Of a stretch of DNA of 64,000 nucleotides, positions 13,074 through 23,371 are shown in pieces. The translations under genes were made by a program, and so were the position numbers. Position 1 is the first letter of the stretch; each line of letters starts with the position of its first letter. The notes under the pieces are model-generated. The model saw only the letters and a program-made list of their open reading frames with translations, did not search any database and was not told the DNA's origin. The DNA comes from Zootoca vivipara (Eukaryota), in contig NC_083282.1 in NCBI RefSeq assembly GCF_963506605.1, forward strand, positions 5,394,001 to 5,458,000, written 5' to 3'.

Positions 13074-14835
13074 TATGAATCATAGATCATATGAATGTAG
13101 AGTTGGAAGGGACCCCAGAGGTCATATAGTCTGCAGTGCGGAAACTCATTTGGGAGGATTATGACTGATTGTGTGGCATTATGATTAGTGCCACAATTTT
13201 TTGGGGGCTGTCTGTGTGATTAATGATTCTGGAACATTGACAAAGTGGCTGTCATGCAGATGTGTTTTCAGTAGATTGCATTCCAAAATCCACAGTTGAG
13301 CTATGTCTTTATTAGAGCCAACCCAAATATCACAAAATAATGAAGTAGCTTTTGATTCCTTCATTATTCACCATCTGGTTGGATGTTAAGCAAGCAGGCA
13401 TGGGGAGAGAAGCAAGCTCACTTGAAGGCACAGCCTTTGTGGCTTCAACTTCAAGGCAGCTTGTTTTTCTCCCCACTCTTTGTTTGCTTAGCATCTATCC
13501 TGAAGAACTCAAAAGCTTGCTAGATGTTTTTGTCATACTTTGACCGGTCTTATGTTGTCTAACTGATGGCCTTTCATTTTAATTGATTATAAGTGATGAT
13601 TTTATCATAAGAACTGGCCCTTGGTGGTGAGAGTTTATTCTTTACTTGTACTGTCGTCTGCATGGCAGTCTGTTGTCTCTAGACTACCATGGTGGTATTG
13701 TCATTGTGATTTTTTGGTAGCCTTAAGATTCTAGACCAGTTTTCTCCAACCTGGTGTCCTCCAAACATTTTGGAATAAAATGTCCACAATCTCTAACCAC
13801 AGGTCACGTTGGCTGGGGCTGATAGGAGTTGTAGTTTAAAAGGAGACTAATAGAAATGTATTGATTTCATTGGGTCTACTCTGAGAATGTTAGATATACT
13901 CACTAAGAAAACAATGTGGATTAAGAATAGCAAAGCAAACTAAGTGATTTGATTGAGAATCCTAGGCCAAATCTTCCTACTCGCTTGCTAAATATTTGGC
14001 CTTTTCCCAACTTCATCCAAGCTACATAGTTTAAAAAAGAATTTCTAAGTTTCCTAGAATGTCCTAACATCTAACATTTTTGGATAAAGTTATTAATGAC
14101 CTAATTGGTGCTATGGGCCAGGGTGCTCTTGTCTTCATCTGGAAAGTCAGACAGGAACAAAGGAGGAAATGAGTCACTCTGCAAACATCTTTTGGACCAG
14201 ATATTTTCCATCTTTTATGTTAATTGCATTCCTTGCATAGGTGAGCCCACCTAGGTTGATAATGGCTGTCCATATTCTAACCAGGGAAATCATAATTGGA
14301 CTGTTGTGTACCCTAGTCTCTCTGATACATTCAAACCCAAGTTTTCCAGGTCCAAATTTACCACTGTTCACTTCTCATGAAATTCTGGCCTATGCACAGT
14401 GACCATTCCAGTGAGATTCTTCTGCGAACCTCATTGTAAGTGTTTCATCGCTTTTCCAGGGCAGAAGTAGAAATGTGTCATGTTCTCTGTCCAGAATTTC
14501 TTATCTTTCATTTTCAAAAATGTTGTGCATTGCCTACAGAACAGCTATAGGACTTAGAAAGTTACATTAGCTTTTGGAATAGGGGTAAGGGAATGGCTGA
14601 GAGAATATTAGTCATCTTTAATATAATATATTCAAAGAGGTTATAGTAAGAAGACATCTTAGTGGTATATATAAACAGCCTTCTTCATTCTAAGTAAGTT
14701 CAAATGACAACAAGTTGTGCCAGTATCCTGCCACAACACGGTTAGTAGAGCTGTTACTATCTCCCATTTCAGTACAGGATGAATGGATCACAGTTAAGTC
14801 ATTATGAGGCGCTTAAGTTGGGCTTTGTTCTTGTC

Positions 14836-14892
14836 AGCCAATCACTGGGCTTGCACTTGGTTGCTTATTTGAATAGCCAGAACTATATAAGA
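14836..14892 (+). promoter_or_regulatory. Histone H2B-type core promoter: CCAAT, octamer-like H2B box, TATA
   Basis: gCCAATca (CCAAT 14838-14842), CTTATTTGAATA 14864-14875 (octamer ATTTGCAT with one mismatch), TATATAA 14884-14890; ATG 76 nt after the TATA end. Confidence 0.7.
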
Positions 14893-14965
14893 TTATTTCA
14901 GGGGACAGGGTATGAGCATTTTCAGGCAGGCAGGGAATTTGGCTGTGTGAACTTAAAGTCAAACA

Positions 14966-15361
14966 ATGGCTGCTACCACCCGGAGAACCAGGAAAAAAAG
15001 CCAGGTGCATCAAAGGCAACGGTACAGGACACAGTATAGGCAGAGAAGGCCCAGAGGGGGGAAGATACTTGGGAGGCATGCAAAACATGGCCATGGAAAG
15101 AAGCTCCCTGACAGAAGGCCATCCAAGAAAGCACAGAAACTGCGGCTTGACAGTGTTCGAATGACCAACGAAGCCCAGAACATCTTGCATTTCTGTGTGC
15201 ATGACCTCTACAAGAAGGTGTCCTTGGCTGCTGAGCGCTTGAGGAAAAAGAAGCGCCATGTCTCTATTACTGTCTCAGATGTAAGAAATGCCCTGAAAAA
15301 GATCATGCCAAGGAAGTATGACAGAAAGTCTGTATCCTCCATTCCCTGCAAATGCCGTTAG
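14966..15361 (+). CDS. Divergent histone H2B-like protein (131 aa), intronless, nested in RC3H1 intron 1
   Basis: Kozak aaacaATGG; 41/131 residues K+R; ungapped by-eye alignment of aa 66-124 to H2B 54-112 (A..I....V.D........A.RL........IT......A.....P.......VS); own promoter and polyA signal. Confidence 0.8.
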   Translation: MAATTRRTRKKSQVHQRQRYRTQYRQRRPRGGKILGRHAKHGHGKKLPDRRPSKKAQKLRLDSVRMTNEAQNILHFCVHDLYKKVSLAAERLRKKKRHVSITVSDVRNALKKIMPRKYDRKSVSSIPCKCR

Positions 15362-15742
15362 AGACATCTCTCCCCTTTCCTATGACAGGCTTAGAAATGG
15401 AAGAAAGAAGGGAAAGGGGGGAAAGCACTAGCCTGAGAGAAAATCCAGTACTTTGCCTGCCTGAAAAAAAACACCACCTTCAAATTTCCAAGCAATCCTG
15501 TAACCTACCTTTTTATTACTGGATCAACATCCCCACTAATAATGAACTCGAGGAAGGGCAGAATCTGGCATTCTGAAGATCATGACAAGATGATTATCAT
15601 ATTGCCCTTATGCTGAATCAGGGAGATGGATTATTGGGTGTTGGAAGAAAATGACTTGTCAAGTTGTGGAATATCAAGGACTCTAATCAGCAACTGTGGA
15701 GCATGTGAGGTGTTCCCTAAAGGGAGACATATTCCCTTTTTC

Positions 15743-15748
15743 AATAAA
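15743..15748 (+). terminator. Polyadenylation signal of the nested H2B-like gene
   Basis: AATAAA ~380 nt after the stop, followed by GU/U-rich sequence (ctgtgtcttt...ctggttctt, ~15776-15800). Confidence 0.55.
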
Positions 15749-17374
15749 ACAGGATCTGTGCAGGAGAACTCATCACTGTGTCTTTAATATTCTGGTTCTT
15801 CAGAACTATACATTTATTAGGGGAAGGCTAGCTTATGTAGTTTATGGAGGCTGTGTTTTGCATACTCTTTAGAACTTGTAATAATGTTTGACTACGATTT
15901 TTTTTAAAATAAAAATAAGTGATATCAGAATTAGATAGAAATGGAAAGTATGTAGGATGCAACACATTGGGATTGTATCACTGAATATTGCTGTAAATGT
16001 GTCTTGAATTGCATTGCCTTTAAAATTGTGGAAAAGGAATTTTAAACAGGACATTATGTTAGGGGCTTTATCTGAGAATATGTCCATATTGGTCCCAAAG
16101 ATTACCTGATAAAGGGCTTTTTTGTGTACTCACTTTTTGCCATGTATGTTCAGTATCGTAGCAGCTGTTACTTTAAAATGGTGATTAGGTAGTGAATTGC
16201 ACTGGTTCTTTTCCTAATGTTTCTTCCTTAGTTGGAAAGATGTTGCAAATAGGCATTTTATACAATTTATATAATAACCCTGAAAGGTTAACAATTCAAG
16301 TGCTTACTGTATTTCCCAAAATGCCTATTTGCAACATCAAGTCAAATGTTTGGGGTACCTATCCCCAGAAGTCACCATAGGACATATGCATATAATATCC
16401 CTGATGTAAGGATATAATTTCTCTCTTTTCCTCTGGTGCAATAAAATTTTTCTATGGATTTGCAGCTGAGGCAACTGCTAGTTTGCCCCAAATTTTGTGG
16501 TAATCAAGGCGCTTCAGAAGCAAAAGTAAGGTCCAGTTTTTTCAATGTTCAAACTTCTCTACCACTATCATGTGGCATATTTTACTTGATCAGAAGAGAG
16601 TCTTTGTTTCACTGTTCTGTATAGCTGTGGAAATTCTGTGTAACAGAAACTCGAAACGTTTCATGTATGTTGCAACTGAGTCATACTTTTATAAAGGTGT
16701 AGTTGTGATTTTAACTTTGAGAGATGTTTGAATTGTGAAAGCTTTGCAGCGCTGTTAGAATGAGGATTTTGAAGTGCAGGAGACAAATTTTTATTTGTCT
16801 GTTATTATGATATATTTTGAAATGTCAGTTGAACAAAAAATTGCAGACCTGCAGTGAATTGGTTTGTGGTTCTTTTTGTGAAAGTGTTAACTACATTTGT
16901 TAATGGGGAAATGCCAGTGGTGTGTTTTGTACTTTTAAAAAATAAAACCTTTATGGTAACCTATGATGTGTACCAGGAAAAAATATATTCTGCAACCTGT
17001 ATAATTTTTGATAATTACTGCATTTACATGGCTGTTTTTGCATGATTTTTAAACTTCTGGAGCACCTCAGTGGGAGTTGGGGCACGGTGCTTTAGTGGTT
17101 CTGCTCCTATTCCAGGGCCAATTCCAGAAAGCAGTTAGGGAAGACTGCTTTTCAGTCCCATGGGAGTTGTCGTGTGGTGTCCTGCATGGTTCCATCTTCT
17201 TCTGCCATGCTGTGAGGCCTCTGAGCTGTCATCTAATGTGGAGTGAAGTGCTATCAATATGCAGGCAACACCCAGCCCTGTTCCATCTGAATCAGAAGAG
17301 ATGGCTGAGGTGTTCGATCAGTGCTTGGAGGTGGTGACTGACTGAATTTGAGCAGTGTTAGAAATTCAGATATA

Positions 17375-18332
17375 CAGTCATGGAAAAAAATAAAGTGCAC
17401 CCTCTTTTAATTCTGTGGACATAATAACAATCATCTGTCCCTAAGCGGGTCTTAAAATTAGGTAAATGCAACCTCAGATGAACAATGCATGACATATTAC
17501 ATTGTGTTATGATTTATTTAACAGAAATAAAGCAAAAATGGAGAAGCTATATGTACACCTTATGATTCAGCAGCTTGTAGAACCACCTTTATCAGCAGTA
17601 GCTCTATGTGAGCATTGCACGGTCTGACCTTGAGGTGAATTTGCTGGGACGTCCACTCCTGGGAAGATTGGCACCTGTCTTGAATGTTTTCCACTTTTGA
17701 ATCATCTTTCTCACTGTAGAATGATGGACATAAAATTGGTTGGAGATGGCCTTAGAACCCTCCCCAGTTACGTGGGCAGCAACAATTGCTTCTCAGAGCA
17801 CTGCTGATGTCTTTCCTCCTTGGCATTGTGTTAAAACATACCTGAATGCTTTAGACCAGGCATAGGCAACCTTGGCTCTCCAGATGTTTTGGAACTACAA
17901 CTCCCATGATCCCTAGCTAACAGGGCCAGTGGTCAGGAATCATGGGAGTTGTAGTTCCAAAACATCTGGAGAGCCAATGTTACCTATGCCTGCTTTAGAC
18001 CAGCAATCTGCTGAAACTTCAACTTTTATAGAGGAGGTTAGACTTGCTGATGATCAATTAAGCAAGGGCATTTGATTAGCAGCACCCGTCTGCTACTTAG
18101 CCCCTTAATTTCTATGGAAGCAGTAAGGGTGTACTTAGTTTTTCACACATGGCTTCCCCATTTTTGCTTTATTTTTGTAAGTCATGACACGGTGTAACAT
18201 GCCATGTGTTGTTGTTCATCTGAGGTTGTATTTACCCAATTTTAAGACTTGCTAATGAACAGATAATTGTTATTATGTCCTCATAAGTAAAACCACAGAA
18301 TTCAAAGAGGGTGCACTTTTTTCCCATGACTG
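17375..18332 (-). mobile_element. Internally deleted Tc1 DNA transposon with ~200-bp TIRs
   Basis: TA|cagtcatgg...ccatgactg ends and long inverted arms. The minus strand from 17826 encodes a degenerate Tc1 paired-domain start (MPRRKDIS...HHSTVRKMIQKWKTFKTGANLPRSGRPSKF). Confidence 0.85.
17857..17992. mobile_element. hAT-type MITE nested in the Tc1 element
   Basis: caggcatagg...cctatgcctg TIRs; 8-bp TSD ctttagac. Confidence 0.9.
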
Positions 18333-18949
18333 CATAAGCTAGGGGCAAATGGCTTCTTAAACCAAGGTTATAGCTGCCAAAACAGAATGTCTGTTTGCCA
18401 TTTTGGGGCAAAATGACTCTGAAGTCTTATTTTTCAGTTGATGAACTGACTGTGATTGATTTTCAGTTAAACACCTGGCTACTTCAGATGGCCGACCTTG
18501 AACTAGATTAAGAACTTTGAGAACTTAAAGCAAAAAAGTAATTTTATCCAGGGACAACCCGCCTGTTCCAGCCTCTTTTTCTTAACACAGACCATTCATA
18601 AAGTAAGAATATTCTTCAAAACTGTGAGCAGGACAGTGGGGTGAGGGAAGTGAAAGCAAACAAACTACATCAATTAACTATAACATCATTCACTGCTTCT
18701 GCTGCACAGAAAAAGCCTTCTGGTTTCTAAAATTCATTCTGATTGTGCAGATAAAATATAATGGATAGAATTCTTCAGGATGTTGTATTAGTGTGTGAAA
18801 GCAGTCAAGATTCAATCAATGATCCCCAGGCATGCAGCTCCAGGTGGTGGAGATGTCAGGCTCCATCCTGGCACCCAGGCATTTTCACTTGGTTGCAAGT
18901 GGCCAATAGTCTGGTGCAAAATGCAGCTGGCGCCCAGCTTAATTTCAAA

Positions 18950-19512
18950 CACTGGGTGTGAGCCAATAAACTAAAGCTGACTTGGCCACTGTACTCTGGT
19001 GACTTGGGGCTGCCCTTGAAGACAACTAAGAAACTTTAACTGGTCTAACATGCAGTGGCCAAATTATTGGCTATATGCCATATAGACATCACATGACCAC
19101 TGTTTTAAAAAGCTGCACAAGTGGCTGGTTTCTTTTGTGGCCAAATTCAAGCCCTATATGACTCAAGCCCCAAATACCCGAAAGACCGCTTCCTTCCCTA
19201 CAGAATCAGTTATTAAGATCAACAGTGGGGCCCTCTTGGTTGTTCCATTGCTCACAGAATCTCGGGGTAGCAGTGTGTTGGGAGAGGGCATTATTGGTGA
19301 CAGCCCCTAAGTTGTGGAACTCGCTCCCCACAGAGTGTATTGGGCTTATTCATTATTTAGCTTTTGGTGAATGCCCCTCTTTACTCTGGCTTTTGACACC
19401 TGAGTTGTATATTATGACCCACCTAAAATTGTAAGTTTTTAAAAAGCTGCTTTTAACATTGTGTTTTAATTGTTGTAACCCACCCTGGGACATGCTGGTG
19501 AAGGATGGGTAA
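18950..19512 (+). mobile_element. Old L2 LINE 3' fragment
   Basis: Degenerate L2 motifs (TAPKLWNSLP) and L2-type 3' end. Confidence 0.55.
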
Positions 19513-19514
19513 TT

Positions 19515-20000
19515 AATCATAGAGTTGGAAGAGACCACAAGGGCCATCCAGTCCAACCCCCTGCCAAGCAGGAAACACCATCAAAGCATTCTTGACACAT
19601 GGCTGTCAAGCCTCTGCTTAGAGACCTCCAAAGAAGGAGACTCCACCACACTCCTTGGCAGCAAATTCCACTGTCGAACAGTTCTTACTGTCAGGAAGTT
19701 CTTCCTAAAGTTTAGGTGGAATCTTCTTTCTTGAAGTTTGAATCCATTGCTCCATGTCAGCTTCTCTGGAGAAACAAAAACAACCTTTCTCCCTCCTCTA
19801 TATGACATCCTTTTATATATTTGAACATGGCTGTCATATCACCCCTTAACCTTCTCTTCTCCAGGCTAAACGTACCCAGCTCCCTAAGCTGTTCCTCATA
19901 AGGCATTGTCTCCAGGCCTTTGACCATTTTGGTTGCCCTCCTCTGGACACGTTCCAGCTTGTCAGTATCCTTCTTGAACTGTGGTGCCCAGAACTGGACA
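19515..20000 (-). mobile_element. CR1 LINE 3' fragment
   Basis: [25 protein letters not shown]...EKRRLRGDM and TVRQWNLLP motifs. Confidence 0.92.
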
Positions 20001-21231
20001 AATAAATAATGATTATTATTTATTCCTGCTCTGCTAATCATATAGGCAGTGACAATTTGCATCCTGACCACTGAAGTTCCCTGCAAGTTTCAGAGATTTA
20101 CCACACTTTGTCTCTTATCAGCAGCAAGGACTGGAAATGTGTCTTCTTATAGAAGGTGGATTGTGAATCAGGATGCTGAAAACCATGACCAATGCATTCC
20201 CTGTATTTTACACACAATTAATGAATATGCACACATGACAGATGCATTTGTTTTGATCTGTCTAGTTTAAACTGAGCCCTAGGATCTGGTTGGAGGATTA
20301 TTTACTTGAGGTATCCTTAAGGCTGTGCACTTGCAGATATTGGCTGGTGGAAATATAAGAGCCTGTCATCATAAATCAAAAGAGCTGTATGATTTTTGTG
20401 TGCAAAAGAGGTGTATTTAAAAACAAAACAAAAAACTGTTCCTCTCACTAAATGATTTATTGCATAGTTCAACTTTGCCAGGAAGCTTATGAAAGTGTCT
20501 TGAGAAACGCACCCATTACCTCTTGATTTTATGGTTACTTCCTGTGAAGCACAAGAAACTAGCAACCTTCTGAACCATGGACTTTCTGAACATAGAGATG
20601 TAGCTTACCATCTCCACACTGGCATTTCAGCAATGAAAGCATTTCAAGGTACTGGTATAGCATAGCAGCTAAGAGTACAGACTATTAAGTCAGGTAGTCC
20701 CTGACTTCAGGATCATTCTCATTGACTACATACTCATTTGGTTGACCATATACAAGTCTCTATTTTCCTCCCATCATGTGTGTATAATAAAACTGGCTAA
20801 GTTTATGAGATTGTATCTATAGTTGAATATGCATTTTATGCTAAACAAGGGGTGGCCAATATAGTGTCCTGCAGGTGTTGCCAGCCCCAGACAACATGAT
20901 CAGTGGCAACAACTAGAGGGCACCATGTTGGCTTCCCCTGTGCTAAATCATGGTTTAGTGCAGTGAGCACAAGCTGCAGTGAGCCACAGACACTTCTCCC
21001 CTTTCCCCTCCCATGTTGTCTGGAGGAGTTCAGAAACTTGCTTTCTGTCTCACTTAAACTTAGCTGGTATTTTTGTCAGAACTGGGGATTGTGATTTAAT
21101 GTTAACCATGGTCAGTTTCAAAATAAGCCAACTTTAAACCATAGGTAATAAAGCAGTTTTGTTTAAACAAAGATTTAACTTAAGCATGATGTACGAATGT
21201 AGCTACTGTGTCTCAAGTTATTATATATCTA

Positions 21232-21477
21232 CAGTGGTACCTCTACTTACGAATTTAATTGCGTTCCGAACGCACATCTGTAAGTCGGAAAAAAATGTAA
21301 GTTGAATCCCATAGGAATGCATTGGGAGAAAAAATTCGTAAGGCAAAGCAACCCTATCTAAAAATTCGTAAGTAAACTGCATCCAAGATGGCTGGCGGAG
21401 CTCCGTTCGTAAGTAGAACATAGCTGCCAAGTTATCCCTTTCATAAGTAGAGTTATTCGTAAGTAGAGGTACCACTG
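21232..21477. mobile_element. Tc1/pogo(Tigger)-type MITE
   Basis: TA|cagtggtacctctacttacgaat ... attcgtaagtagaggtaccactg|TA; same family as 55521 in opposite orientation. Confidence 0.9.
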
Positions 21478-22086
21478 TATATTTAGTTATCTGTCTATCT
21501 ATTATCTATCTATCTATCTATCATCTATCTATTCTGTCTGCTTTCTCTGAAAGCAGTGTTTGAAAAGTAGTCTGTGATTCTTTTCTTTTATGAGGTGCAC
21601 AGAGATATCATGAGAAAACAGTTTCTTTAGCCTTGATTACTAGACCTCGTCCCAACTACCGGTAGTTTATCAAGGTCCAGTTGTTGTTAGGTTTTGAAAA
21701 CAAGGATAATCACTTCTGAATATAAGAATGCCTCTGTGGGCAGTCATGTTAAAAGGTGCATAGTCTTCAGGGGGGTCTTTCTTAAGAGAGTATACATTTT
21801 TTTAACATTTAGTAACTGTATAGTAAGTAAATGAAAAGTAAATAAAAAATGCTGTTGTACTAAATGTATTTGCTGTGTAACATTAACTAATAATTAGTGC
21901 TGCATGAACACTTAAGTTGCTCTGTAAGCACAGCCAAAGCTTGGAATTGGGGACTGAGTAAAAATGCCATATCTTGAGAAATGTCATATTTTGAGTATCA
22001 CAGCCATTGCCATCATCCAACTCATAGCCAAGCTGCCTAGGAACTTGGTGCTTCCTTGCCCCTCTCTGACCAGAAGGAACAAAATA

Positions 22087-22372
22087 CAGTGGTGCCTCGC
22101 TTAACGAATGCCCTGCTTAACGAAATTTCCGCTTAACGAAAGGATTTTTCGAGCGGAGGTTGCCTCGCTAGACGAATGCGTTTTACGAAAAATTCGTCTA
22201 GCGAATCGCGGTTTCCCATAGGAATGCATTGAAATTCAATTAATGCGTTCCTATGGGCAAAAAATAAAATAAAATAAAATTCAGTGCATTCCTATGGGAT
22301 TCGCTAGACGAATTTTTCGCTATAAGAAAAGAGCCGTGGAACGAATTAATTTCGTCTAGCGAGGCACCACTG
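22087..22372. mobile_element. Tc1/pogo(Tigger)-type MITE
   Basis: TA|cagtggtgcctcgct ... agcgaggcaccactg|TA. Confidence 0.9.
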
Positions 22373-22397
22373 TATATAAAACTGTGCAAAACAAATA

Positions 22398-23164
22398 CTG
22401 TATTTTTCGCTCCATAGCACGCACCTGACCATAGGACGCACCTAGTTTTTAGAGGAGGAAAACAAGGGGGGGGGGAAATATTTTGCTTTCTTGAATTGAC
22501 CTAGGCATAGCAGTCAACTCCTAGAGACCTAGGTGCCTTTGCCCCCCAATTAAATATTTGAGACAGCTTCTTTTGCAAAGGGGGAAAGCTCCATTTTTTT
22601 TAGGATCAGCTCAAAGTTGTGCAGCTTTTTTTGCAAATGGGAAAAGCCCCGTTTTTAGGGGGGGGGTCAGCTCAGAGTTGTGCATCTTTTTTGCAAAGGG
22701 GGAAAGCTCCATTTTTTTAAGGATCAGCTCAAAGTTGCCGAGTTTCCTTGCAAAGGGAATAAAATCCTGTTTTTGTGGGGTTCAACTCACAGTTCTGCAG
22801 CTTCTATAGGAAAGTAAATGGACCCATTTCTACAGTTTCCTTACAGATAATCTAATTAGCCAGTCACATGTCTCCCTCTGCAGACAACAATTGAGGCCTA
22901 GGCAAGCCCTTGGGAAGGGAGCTAGCTCTCTTATCTTCCTCCCCGATCTCTTGCAATCAGCTGCTGAGCCGGTTCCTTTCAGCTCATTCCCTCTTGTTAG
23001 CCTTTAGCTCTTTCTTTCTTTTTCTTTTTTTAAAAAGCACGATCTGCCTTTAGCCCCTGGGCAATTCGGCTCCAGGGACCACACTTTCGCTCCATAAGAT
23101 GCACAGACAGTTCCTCTTCTGTTTTAGGAGGAAAAAAGTCCATCTTATGGAACTAAAAATACGG
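22398..23164. mobile_element. pogo-like non-autonomous DNA transposon with internal ~60-bp tandem repeats
   Basis: TA|ctgtattttt ... aaaaatacgg|TA; about 4 copies of cagct..ttttgcaaagggggaaagc..ggatcagctca at 22560-22800. Confidence 0.7.
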
Positions 23165-23232
23165 TATATGCAATGTTGTATAACTTAACAGAATCTAGTG
23201 CTACCTCAGCACAGTTTCAAATTTATTGATAC

Positions 23233-23371
23233 TGGTGGTGGACTCTCATTCCTCGGAAGTTTTTAAACAGAGGTTGGATGGCCGTCTGTCATGGATGCTT
23301 TAGCTGAGATTTCTGCATTGGGGGGAGTTGGACTAGATGCCCCTTGGGCCCCTTCCAACTCTAGGATTCTA
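23233..23371 (+). mobile_element. CR1 3' end fragment
   Basis: ggactagatg...ccttccaactctaggattcta tail. Confidence 0.6.

Noticed and set aside
14100-14700. Divergently transcribed H2A partner (a second TATA lies at ~14666)
   Set aside because: The minus-strand translations I checked, including the 14174-14371 ORF, show no H2A motifs such as RAGLQFPVGR or LEYLTAEILE.
15264-15301. Calling the nested ORF H4-like (ITVSDVRNALK resembles H4 VTAMDVVYALK)
   Set aside because: The alpha2 pattern, the Pro after alpha3, the following VS, and the H2B-box promoter fit H2B better. Other histone-fold families are not fully excluded without a profile search.
22560-22800. CRISPR-like periodic repeats
   Set aside because: Eukaryotic tandem repeats without unique spacers, inside a DNA transposon; no cas genes.
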